NCBI GenBank assembly: GCA_903930085.1
Contig: CAIYXD010000181.1
Coordinates: forward strand, 1 to 26,954
Reading direction: 5' to 3'
Origin: an uncultured Flavobacteriia bacterium
Lineage (GTDB): Bacteria > Bacteroidota > Bacteroidia > Flavobacteriales_D > Crocinitomicaceae
Length of the DNA: 26,954 nt
A program made the translations under genes and the position numbers. The notes below the pieces were generated by a model. That model saw only the letters and a program-made list of their open reading frames with translations, did no database searches and was not told where the DNA came from. Positions 17,297-25,032 of this stretch are shown in pieces (position 1 is the first letter of the stretch; every line of letters starts with the position of its first letter).

Positions 17297-17707
17297 ATGG
17301 AACCTTTTGATGTTGTTGCGGCGGTAATCCGTTTCCAACATAAAATATTATGCGTGCAGCGCGGGAAGGGAAATCATCCTTATTTGGCGTATAAATATGA
17401 ATTTCCGGGCGGCAAACTTGAACCAGGAGAAACCGAAGAAAACGCGATTATTAGAGAAATAAAAGAAGAATTGAATTTGGAAATCTCGGTTGAAAAAAAG
17501 TTTCTATCGGTTCAACATGCGTATACAGACATAACGATAACGCTCCATAGTTTTCTTTGCAGCTGCGAAAATCCTGCGCTTACACTTACTGAACATTTGA
17601 ATTACAAATGGCTTTCAATTGGCGAATTGAAGCAACTGGAATGGGCAGCAGCAGATGAACCAATCGTTCGGAAATTGGAAGAAATGGAAATCAGCGAATT
17701 ATCTTAG
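17297..17707 (+). CDS. MutT-like (deoxy)nucleoside triphosphate pyrophosphohydrolase, NUDIX family
   Basis: VVAAVI, YEFPGGKLEPGETEENAIIREIKEEL NUDIX box, LTEH..YKW, WAAADEPIV. Confidence 0.92.
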   Translation: MEPFDVVAAVIRFQHKILCVQRGKGNHPYLAYKYEFPGGKLEPGETEENAIIREIKEELNLEISVEKKFLSVQHAYTDITITLHSFLCSCENPALTLTEHLNYKWLSIGELKQLEWAAADEPIVRKLEEMEISELS

Positions 17708-17888
17708 AACTGCTTTTTTGTTCGGATTAACCATTCAAATATCGTAACGGCTTATGTTGCTATTAAGGGTTTCGCGCCAAGCGAAGAAGTCGAATTTTAA
17801 AGTTAAAATATTAAACTTCGGTATTGCCTTCTACTACTATTTCTTTTACTTTTTTCAAAAGCTAAAAAAGACAGAAAGTATTTTTTTT

Positions 17889-17914
17889 AACGCAAAGGCG
17901 CAGAGGGCGCAAAG
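17889..17914. repeat. Short CGCAAAG-type tandem repeat resembling a dispersed Bacteroidota intergenic repeat
   Basis: AACGCAAAGGCGCAGAGGGCGCAAAG: three CGCA(A/G)AG units, GC-rich within AT-rich DNA. Family assignment is from memory. Confidence 0.4.
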
Positions 17915-18082
17915 GTAGAATTTTCTATTATTGGCATTGGGAAGGTTTGTTGGCGAGGTAGATTATTTGGCTTCAAGATTGAAAACTGTAAGATGATTTC
18001 GAATATAAAATTAAGAGAAGATGCCGCAGCACAAGACAGCAGCGTAGCGGGGGTTATTCTTTTCCGAAAAAGCAGAATAATG

Positions 18083-18096
18083 GTGACACAAATCAA
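18083..18096. promoter_or_regulatory. Crp/Fnr-type box upstream of the CBS gene
   Basis: GTGAC-ACAA-ATCAA versus the Fnr consensus TTGAT-N4-ATCAA; 89 nt upstream of ATG 18186; 12/14 identical to the box at 20773. Confidence 0.55.
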
Positions 18097-18185
18097 TTCT
18101 TTCTATGACGCATTCGATTTTGTTTCATTTCAAATGGCTGTTTCTTTACACTAGATAAACAATATAGAATTTCAAAAATTATACG

Positions 18186-18695
18186 ATGAAAGTAAAAAAT
18201 GTAATGACTGCACATTCGGTGAAATTTTGCACCAAAGATGCAAACCTTCAAGAAGTGGCAAAAAAGATGAAAGTGAATAATTGCGGAGCACTTCCAGTGG
18301 TGGACGAAGACAATAAAGTTGTGGGAATAATAACCGACCGAGATATTTGTCTTTCCATTTCTAAGAGATCGATTATTCCAGCGGGAGATCGAAAAGTGAA
18401 AGATGCGATGACGAAAAAAATTGTTTCCGTGCACGGGAGCGATGAGATTTCAGTTGCTTACCAGCAAATGCGTAAAAACAAAGTTGGAAGGTTACCGGTT
18501 GTAGATGCGAAAGGAAGACTGGAAGGAATTGTTTCGTTGCACAAACTAATAAACGAAGCGGTAAGACGCGGTAAAAACGAGTTAGGCGAACCATCCGCTT
18601 CTGGAGAAAATTTAATCAAGACCATTCAAGCAGTTACAAATCGCTACAACAAAAAGGAGTTGAAGAAAAAATCAAAATTACTTTCAACTATCTAA
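18186..18695 (+). CDS. Tandem CBS-domain protein (Hrp1/Rv2626c-like)
   Basis: MKVKNVMT, NNCGALPVVDEDNKVVGIITDRDI, KVKDAMT, KVGRLPVVDAKGRLEGIVSL; Lys-rich tail. Confidence 0.93.
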   Translation: MKVKNVMTAHSVKFCTKDANLQEVAKKMKVNNCGALPVVDEDNKVVGIITDRDICLSISKRSIIPAGDRKVKDAMTKKIVSVHGSDEISVAYQQMRKNKVGRLPVVDAKGRLEGIVSLHKLINEAVRRGKNELGEPSASGENLIKTIQAVTNRYNKKELKKKSKLLSTI

Positions 18696-18716
18696 AAATA
18701 AAAACAAAAAAAGAAG

Positions 18717-18749
18717 AAAGGAGTTTACGAAAGTATGTCTCCTTTTTTT
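18717..18749 (+). terminator. Imperfect intrinsic terminator between the CBS and baeRF genes
   Basis: AAAGGAG...TAC-GAAA-GTA...CTCCTTT stem with an internal mismatch and bulge, GAAA loop, T7 run. Confidence 0.6.
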
Positions 18750-18796
18750 ATCCACTTTACTACCATTAGTTGCGCTTAACCTCAAAAATTCGACAC

Positions 18797-19936
18797 ATGA
18801 ATAATCCAAAAATAGACCAAATTCTTTCCCATAAGAACGAAAATCAGTGCATCACAATTCTATTTCCAACACACAGGACTTCGCCCGAACGCAGAAAAGA
18901 TGCGCTGTTGTTTAGCAATTTAATAGAAGAAACAAAAAACCTATTGCAACTAATCGACCATACAGAAGCACATAATAAAAAAATAGTTTTAAAAGAATTG
19001 GATGCCTATTTGAAAATAATAGATTTCACACATTCCGAAGACGGCATTGGAATTTACATTTCACCAACGTTTTCTGAATTGATTTATTTCCCTTTTGAAG
19101 TGGAACAAAAAGTTCAGATTGACACAACATTCTACACGCGTGAATTACGCTATTTTCAGCAGACACAGATAGACTATGCGATTGTTGCGTTGAGTCAAAA
19201 ACACGTGAATATCTATTTGGCACATGGACCTAAAATCCAACTGGTGCACAACGATGATTTTCCGCTCGACTATTCCGAAGAATATGAATATACCAAACCG
19301 AGTAAAATCAGTTCTCATGGTAGTATTGTACTGAAACAATATGAGAAAGAAAAATCAACGATCGAAGATGTTCGTCGGATAGATTTCTTCAAACATGCGG
19401 ATAAATTATTCGATAAATATCCGGAATTGAATTTACCTTTAATAGTGGTTGGAGAGGAAAAAGAAGTCGCTGATTTTATCGCACTTTCAAAACATGCAAA
19501 AAATGTAATTGGAAAGCTGCATTCTAATTTGAATTTCGACGCCATCCATCTTTTGGGAGATCAAGCATGGGAAGAAGTGCAACGCAACAGAAGAATTGAA
19601 AACGAAGCAAAAATCAAAAATTTATGGGAATTAATTGGGAACGAAATGGTTGCAATTGGCATTCTGGATGTTTGGAGAACGACTAAAGCAGGAAATTGTT
19701 TGGAATTATATGTGGAAAAGGATTTTGCAAAAGTTGGCTATGTTTCTAAAGACGGACAAACTTTAAAATTGATATATTCAGAACAAACTAAAAATTTCCT
19801 TCGCGTAAATGATATGGTGGAAAAGATTATTGAGTTGGTTTTGGAAAAGAACGGAAAAGTAGTATTTGTTGCGAATGGAAAATTGAAGGATTTCGACGGA
19901 ATCGCCTTGAAACTTCGCTATCCCGATCTCGGATAA
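18797..19936 (+). CDS. Bacterial archaeo-eukaryotic release factor homologue (baeRF3-like; Balon-type ribosome hibernation factor candidate)
   Basis: CITILFPTHRTSPERRKDALLFSNLIEE, DGIGIYISP, FPFEVEQKVQIDTTFYTREL, YAIVALSQKHVNIY, DFPLDY, FFKHADK, LIVVG, LEKNGKVVFV...LKDFDGIALKLRY. No GGQ motif. Start moved from TTG 18770 to ATG 18797. Confidence 0.82.
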   Translation: MNNPKIDQILSHKNENQCITILFPTHRTSPERRKDALLFSNLIEETKNLLQLIDHTEAHNKKIVLKELDAYLKIIDFTHSEDGIGIYISPTFSELIYFPFEVEQKVQIDTTFYTRELRYFQQTQIDYAIVALSQKHVNIYLAHGPKIQLVHNDDFPLDYSEEYEYTKPSKISSHGSIVLKQYEKEKSTIEDVRRIDFFKHADKLFDKYPELNLPLIVVGEEKEVADFIALSKHAKNVIGKLHSNLNFDAIHLLGDQAWEEVQRNRRIENEAKIKNLWELIGNEMVAIGILDVWRTTKAGNCLELYVEKDFAKVGYVSKDGQTLKLIYSEQTKNFLRVNDMVEKIIELVLEKNGKVVFVANGKLKDFDGIALKLRYPDLG

Positions 19937-19986
19937 AACTGCCAAAACAGAATTATTCCTTAGTTTAAAGAAGAAATAAAGCATAA

Positions 19987-20024
19987 AAAAACACCTTCGC
20001 AAAATAATATACGAAGGTGTTTTT
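19987..20024. terminator. Bidirectional terminator shared by the baeRF and BON genes
   Basis: AAAAACACCTTCG / CGAAGGTGTTTTT 13-bp inverted repeat between convergent genes. Confidence 0.9.
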
Positions 20025-20038
20025 AGTTTGAAAGCGAA

Positions 20039-20707
20039 TTAGTAAGAATATACTTCGGTATCAATCATCAATTTATTTTCTACTTCTGTTACGCCAGGAG
20101 CTAAATAAGCAGCACGTTCCGCATCCTTTTTCTCCACGAAAGATCTAACTTTTCCAGATAAAATAACTTTTGTCCCCTCCGATGCAATCAGAATGTTTTC
20201 AGAATCCAGTGTTGCGCTTCGGTGAAATGCAGCAAAGATTTTATTTTTGACATCTGCGGTTTTAAGTTTTGGTGCAAGTTTGATATTGTTGCTAATTCCA
20301 ACCACACCTTCTAAATTTTCGACAGAACTTTTAGAGTAAACACGTTGAAAATCCCAATCTACTTGACCATCCAATGTAACCCATCCCTTTTCTACTTTAA
20401 CTTGTACTTTATCTTCTGGAATGGAAGAATGCCATTTTAAAGCGTTCAACACTGCAGAAGCAATTTCAGCATCAGTTTTTTTTCCGTGTTCGGTTAATTT
20501 CACTATAATCTCCTGCGCTACTGCCTTCACGCCAAGTACTTTTTTTGCTGCGTGTTCCGCTTCCAATTTTCTACTGTAGGTGTCCACTACTCCGGAAAGT
20601 GTTACCACACTGTTTTTCACTGCAACACCAATTTCATTCGAATGCTGCACCAGCTCCCAACGAAGTTCTTCCATCACATCTTTTTGAATTTCTGCATCTG
20701 TTCTCAT
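20039..20707 (-). CDS. BON domain protein (three BON repeats, OsmY-like), no signal peptide
   Basis: MRTDAEIQKDVMEELRWE; VTLSGVV...AAKKVLGVKAV; VTLDGQVDWDFQR...LEGVVGISNNI; VILSGKVRS..EK..AERAAYLAPGVTEVENKL. Confidence 0.94.
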   Translation of the reverse strand: MRTDAEIQKDVMEELRWELVQHSNEIGVAVKNSVVTLSGVVDTYSRKLEAEHAAKKVLGVKAVAQEIIVKLTEHGKKTDAEIASAVLNALKWHSSIPEDKVQVKVEKGWVTLDGQVDWDFQRVYSKSSVENLEGVVGISNNIKLAPKLKTADVKNKIFAAFHRSATLDSENILIASEGTKVILSGKVRSFVEKKDAERAAYLAPGVTEVENKLMIDTEVYSY

Positions 20708-20772
20708 GTTCTTTGTTTTTTTTATAGATTAATACTTACACACAAAGAAACAGGGAAACTACTTTTTTGGAG

Positions 20773-20786
20773 GTGATACACATCAA
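20773..20786. promoter_or_regulatory. Crp/Fnr-type box upstream of the BON gene
   Basis: Reads TTGAT-GTGT-ATCAC on the minus strand, one mismatch to the Fnr consensus; 65 nt upstream of ATG 20707; a -7-like TTTCTTTG lies at 20743-20750. Confidence 0.6.
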
Positions 20787-20882
20787 AGAAAACATTGATT
20801 TTTGCAATGAAAAAAGACTTCTATTTTTCAGGATTAGAAAACTTCAAAAGTCACCCGGTAAAATGAAATGCGAATAAATCTG

Positions 20883-20890
20883 TATATTTG
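20883..20890 (+). promoter_or_regulatory. Sigma-A -7 element (TATATTTG) for the CYTH gene
   Basis: Exact TAnnTTTG 44 nt upstream of ATG 20935. Confidence 0.45.
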
Positions 20891-20934
20891 ATTTCTCTCG
20901 AAAGAATTCGGAAAAAAAGGCGAAAAATCAGAAA

Positions 20935-21384
20935 ATGGAAATCGAACGTAAATTTTTAGTGGATAAAAAAACCTGGGATCTTGTTGAAAAACCGAAGCCA
21001 AAAAAAATTATTCAAGCCTATTTATTTCGATCTCCCGAAAAAACCATTCGTGTTCGAACCAAGGGCGATAAAGGTTTTTTAACGATAAAAGGGAAAACAA
21101 CTGGAATTTCAAGAAGCGAGTTTGAATATGAAATTCCGTTGGAAGAAGCGGAACAGCTCATATCTGAATTTGCAGACAAAGTAATTCTTAAAAACCGCTA
21201 TGAAATCAAGGTTGGCGATCACCTTTGGGAAATCGATGATTTTCATGGTAATTTGAAAGGTTTACTCCTTGCGGAAATAGAATTAAGCTTCGAAGCGGAA
21301 GAATTTGAATTACCTGTTTGGGCAACAACCGATGTTTCTACCGACGCAAATTACTATAATGCGCAATTAATCGAACGGTGCTGA
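20935..21384 (+). CDS. CYTH domain protein (triphosphate tunnel metalloenzyme)
   Basis: MEIERKFLV (EXEXK), IRVRTKGDKGFLTIKG, RSEFEYEIP, KNRYEI, WEIDDFHG, LLLAEIEL. Confidence 0.93.
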   Translation: MEIERKFLVDKKTWDLVEKPKPKKIIQAYLFRSPEKTIRVRTKGDKGFLTIKGKTTGISRSEFEYEIPLEEAEQLISEFADKVILKNRYEIKVGDHLWEIDDFHGNLKGLLLAEIELSFEAEEFELPVWATTDVSTDANYYNAQLIERC

Positions 21385-21404
21385 TTGTTTTTACTTTTTA
21401 GTTT

Positions 21405-22001
21405 CTAGTTTTTATAATTCACCAATTCCACAACAATTTCGTTGCGTCGGTTGATTAAATCAAAAGGTGGATTGTACCCCAAATAAGCAAATTTCCCAAC
21501 AAACTGAATGTTGTTTTTCAGTAATTCACCCACCAGTTTTTTCTTGTAGGATTCAATTTTTGCATCGTCTGCCCAACCTCCAAATTCAATCGCAGCCATA
21601 ATTTTGGCTTCTTTCTTTTCAAAGTAAATATCTTTGTTTGTTGGTTTTGGCATGTCTTCCATGTTTAATCCTGCGGGAACGAGAAACGACATTTTTGAGG
21701 TATCGTCAATTTCCATTGAAACGGGAGAAGTCATTGCGATTTTTTTATTTTCTTCATTTCCACCGAAAATATATCCTGCCAAAACTCGAAAACCAGTTCC
21801 AGAAGTTTTGTCGTAGGTGTCCGTGTTTAAATTCACACTTGTATAAAGCGCAGCATCGTATTTACGCACTTCAAATGCATCGTATTTTTTTAAAATCGCG
21901 TACGGTTGTGTTTCTGTATCGCGAATGCTTTTACGCATAAATGCTGCGGAAATTGCCACAACTGCAAGAAGTGTGACGGTTACTATAATTATTGATTTCA
22001 T
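21405..22001 (-). CDS. SOUL/p22HBP heme-binding family protein with N-terminal signal or anchor
   Basis: ETQPYAIL, FEVRKY, GFRVLAGYIFGGN, IAMTSPV, MSFLVP, MPKP, AAIEFGGW, LGYNPPF...RRNEIVVEL. Confidence 0.92.
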   Translation of the reverse strand: MKSIIIVTVTLLAVVAISAAFMRKSIRDTETQPYAILKKYDAFEVRKYDAALYTSVNLNTDTYDKTSGTGFRVLAGYIFGGNEENKKIAMTSPVSMEIDDTSKMSFLVPAGLNMEDMPKPTNKDIYFEKKEAKIMAAIEFGGWADDAKIESYKKKLVGELLKNNIQFVGKFAYLGYNPPFDLINRRNEIVVELVNYKN

Positions 22002-22024
22002 CTTTCACTTATTCATTTAAATCT

Positions 22025-22064
22025 ATAACAATCTGTTATTCAGAATGTTTAAATTCTATTAAAC
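22025..22064. promoter_or_regulatory. Two short palindromes upstream of the SOUL gene (possible operators)
   Basis: ATAACA-ATC-TGTTAT (22025-22039) and GTTTAA-N6-TTAAAC (22047-22064). AT-rich, so chance occurrence is possible. Confidence 0.35.
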
Positions 22065-22073
22065 GCATTTGAA

Positions 22074-22409
22074 TTATTCAATCTTCTCGACTTTGAGATC
22101 GCTTTTCTCCAAATCAAAAACGGTTGTACCGATTTCCAAATCAAACCATTCCAAAAACGATTCCATTGTTCGCTCCTGCGGCCAAGCAGATTCTTCATCG
22201 GTTATCATAGAAAGTTCATTTTTAAAGATCTTCTTGAAATTTTGCTCAAGGATTGGTTCGATATCAAAAAAATCATCGGTTATCAAATATACATTTGGTT
22301 CCACATCATCGTCCACAGAAAATTCCATGTCGGATTCAAATTCATTAGCCCAATCCCAAAACGGTTTATTCGGTCGAATGGTAAGGTATCCTCTGTTTAC
22401 TAATTTCAT
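22074..22409 (-). CDS. Small acidic conserved hypothetical protein
   Basis: NRGYLTIRPNKPFWDWAN...EPNVYLI...IFKNEL...WPQERT...FLEWF..E...VFDL pattern looks like a widespread uncharacterised family; ATGA overlap with the upstream gene. Confidence 0.78.
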   Translation of the reverse strand: MKLVNRGYLTIRPNKPFWDWANEFESDMEFSVDDDVEPNVYLITDDFFDIEPILEQNFKKIFKNELSMITDEESAWPQERTMESFLEWFDLEIGTTVFDLEKSDLKVEKIE

Positions 22410-23026
22410 TTTTGATTATTTAAGGGTTCTTTTTTACCATCAACAACTCTAAACCATGTTGCCTTTGATTTTGAATTTTGATGAATTACTATTTTCCAAT
22501 TTTTTATTTCTTCCGTTTTTTCAAAAAATTTCAACCAATCTTCTTGCTGAATTTTTTTATTACTTGAAATATACGTTAAAGAAGTATCATTTACTAAAAT
22601 GACAAAATTATTTTTCTGAAAATTTATTGTTTGTCCAAATTTGATGGACTTACATTTTTCATCAAAACAATCCAGCCAATTGTAAAACGCATTTTTTGTC
22701 TCTGTCGAATCTTTAAATGACCATTGGCAAAAAAGTGTCGAATCTACTTCTTGCATCAGAATTAATTTTTTCGTGCTTTTTGGCAAAAACCGATCCGGAA
22801 ACATTGGTACTTTATTGAATTTTATTCCAGATAAATTTAATCCTAATTCGTTCGCAACACCACTGTTAAAACCAAAATCTATAGTATCTAGTTTTTCGTT
22901 CCTTTGTTGCGTATAATCGCGTTCAGACTTTGGCGTAAGATCTTTCATGTCACGTAAAACTTCTTTTTTCTTCTCTCCACATGCGGCAAGAAGAAATATA
23001 ATCCCTGCAAAAAAGGCCTTTTTCAT
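22406..23026 (-). CDS. Hypothetical lipoprotein
   Basis: MKKAFFAGIIFLLAAC lipobox; starts 3 nt after the ltaE stop. Confidence 0.75.
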   Translation of the reverse strand: MKKAFFAGIIFLLAACGEKKKEVLRDMKDLTPKSERDYTQQRNEKLDTIDFGFNSGVANELGLNLSGIKFNKVPMFPDRFLPKSTKKLILMQEVDSTLFCQWSFKDSTETKNAFYNWLDCFDEKCKSIKFGQTINFQKNNFVILVNDTSLTYISSNKKIQQEDWLKFFEKTEEIKNWKIVIHQNSKSKATWFRVVDGKKEPLNNQK

Positions 23027-23029
23027 CGC

Positions 23030-24052
23030 TTAAACCGCTATTTTTTTAAGAATTTCACTCGTCTCATCTATTTCTTTCGTTGAAATATCCAAGTGCGTTA
23101 CCATGCGCACCATTCCTTCGCCAAATGCCATACTAAACACTCCTTTATCCTTCAAAAGTTGGATAATTGCATCGCGTTTGCTTGCATCGTTTAAATGTAT
23201 CACTACGATATTTGTTTGCACTGGAACAACATTTTTTACCCAATTCAAATCCAACAGCACCGATTCAAGGTACTTTGCATTTCGGTGATCTTCTGCCAAA
23301 CGTTCGACATTATTTTGCAAAGCAAACAAACCGCCAGCTGCAATAATTCCTGCTTGTCGCATTCCACCACCAAAAACCTTTCTTACTCTGTGTGCTCTCG
23401 TGATAAATTCCTTCGAACCGATTAATAAAGAGCCAACAGGAGCACCAAGTCCTTTGGATAAACACAAGGAAATCGAATCAAATTGCGTAGCATACTTCTT
23501 CGGATCGATTTTGGTTTCCACCAAGGCATTCATCAAACGCGCACCATCCAAATGCAAGGGAAAATTATTTTCCGTGCAAAACGTTCGGATTTTCTTTATT
23601 TCTTCAAAATCATAAATTGCTCCGCCACCACGGTTCGCGGTATCTTCTATACTCACCAACTGTGTCAAGGGAAAATGAACATCCGTCGGATTATTAACCC
23701 ACTTAGAAATAGCATCTTTGGTCAATCTTCCGCGATCTCCTTGGAGTAAACGAACCGAAGCTCCAGAATTTTTAGCGATTCCACCGCCTTCGTACTTGTA
23801 AATATGACTTTCCTCGTGGCAAATTACTTCACCACCGGGCTGCACGTGCACGTTGATTGCAATTTGATTGGTTTGTGTTCCCGAAGAACAAAAAAGTGCG
23901 GCTTCCATACCGAAAAAATCTGCTGCAAATTCCTGCAAGGCATTTACGGTTGGATCTTCCTTAAAAACATCGTCTCCAACGGGTGCCGCAAACATTGCTT
24001 CCCGCATCTCAGCAGAAGGTTTCGTAACTGTATCGCTTCGAAAATCAATCAT
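23030..24052 (-). CDS. ltaE: Low-specificity L-threonine aldolase (PLP-dependent)
   Basis: [86 protein letters not shown]. Confidence 0.96.
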   Translation of the reverse strand: MIDFRSDTVTKPSAEMREAMFAAPVGDDVFKEDPTVNALQEFAADFFGMEAALFCSSGTQTNQIAINVHVQPGGEVICHEESHIYKYEGGGIAKNSGASVRLLQGDRGRLTKDAISKWVNNPTDVHFPLTQLVSIEDTANRGGGAIYDFEEIKKIRTFCTENNFPLHLDGARLMNALVETKIDPKKYATQFDSISLCLSKGLGAPVGSLLIGSKEFITRAHRVRKVFGGGMRQAGIIAAGGLFALQNNVERLAEDHRNAKYLESVLLDLNWVKNVVPVQTNIVVIHLNDASKRDAIIQLLKDKGVFSMAFGEGMVRMVTHLDISTKEIDETSEILKKIAV

Positions 24053-24132
24053 AATTTTGAATTTTAGTATGAAATTAACCTTATCCTATCAAAAGCTAGT
24101 TGAATTTTCCGTTTTTTTGTTAAAAAAGAGAT

Positions 24133-24906
24133 ATGGAATACGTATTAGTAGCACTTACCGTTTTACTCGGCGCCGGATTGACTTTTTTTTCCGGATTTGG
24201 ATTGGGCACACTAATGCTTCCCGTCTTTAGTTTATTTTTCCCTTTACCAGTTGCCATCGGAGCAACAGCAATAGTGCATGTTTCGAACAACCTCTTCAAA
24301 TTTGGCTTGGTGTACAAACACATTCACGTTATGACCTTACTTCGCTTTGGAATTCCAGCTTTAGTATGTGCCGTAATTGGCAGTAGTTTACTGGGTTTCA
24401 TCAATAATTCCGGCACAATTTACACCTATTCGATTGGAACGAAACAATTGGAAATGACTTATTTGAAAATGGTAATTGGAACATTGATGGTTTTTTTCGC
24501 TTGGGTGGATTTGAGTCAGAAATTTTCTGGGGTTGCCATCCAAAAAAAATACCTTTCCGTTGGTGGTGCTTTGAGCGGTTTTTTTGGAGGAATTTCCGGA
24601 CACCAAGGCGCTTTTCGTTCCGCTTTTTTAACCAAAGCAGGATTAACAAAAGAACAATTTATAGGAACTTCGAATGTTATTGCGTTGGTGATAGACTTCG
24701 CTCGGATTGGGATTTATGCTAAAACACTGGATTTCGTTGCACTTTCCAATGAGAAACACTTACTTCTCGTAGGAATTGTGTTTGCGTTTATTGGAACGTA
24801 TTTCGGAAAAGAACTGTTGCACAAAACCACCTTGAAAGGAATCCAAAAAACAGTTGGTTTGCTGCTGTTTGTGTTGGGAGGGTTATTTATTTTGGGCTTG
24901 GTTTAG
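24133..24906 (+). CDS. Sulfite exporter TauE/SafE family membrane protein
   Basis: [59 protein letters not shown]; multi-pass hydrophobic protein. Confidence 0.88.
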   Translation: MEYVLVALTVLLGAGLTFFSGFGLGTLMLPVFSLFFPLPVAIGATAIVHVSNNLFKFGLVYKHIHVMTLLRFGIPALVCAVIGSSLLGFINNSGTIYTYSIGTKQLEMTYLKMVIGTLMVFFAWVDLSQKFSGVAIQKKYLSVGGALSGFFGGISGHQGAFRSAFLTKAGLTKEQFIGTSNVIALVIDFARIGIYAKTLDFVALSNEKHLLLVGIVFAFIGTYFGKELLHKTTLKGIQKTVGLLLFVLGGLFILGLV

Positions 24907-25032
24907 AAAAGTATTCTCTACTACTGATAAAATGAAAATAAGATTGTTTTTAAAACTATGGTGTTTTGGGTTCTTTGCTGTGCATTTTTTTTCGCATATT
25001 ACCTTACCATTAGCAGCTAAAGTAATTGAATA

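Noticed and set aside
17887-18096. 69-aa intergenic minus-strand ORF (the opposite strand is also open)
   Set aside because: Starts with a non-ATG codon inside the Fnr box, runs through repeat-like DNA and has no protein motif; treated as non-coding.
18797-19936. Calling the baeRF protein a functional peptide release factor
   Set aside because: No GGQ or NIKS motif, so peptidyl-tRNA hydrolysis is unlikely.
20795-20808. Second Fnr-like site upstream of BON (TTGATTTTTGCAAT)
   Set aside because: Only one half-site matches; the other arm does not fit at 4-nt spacing.
20935-21384. CYTH protein as an adenylate cyclase feeding the nearby CBS protein or Crp/Fnr boxes
   Set aside because: Most short bacterial CYTH proteins are triphosphatases; this gene has its own sigma-A element and points away from the module, so only adjacency supports the link.
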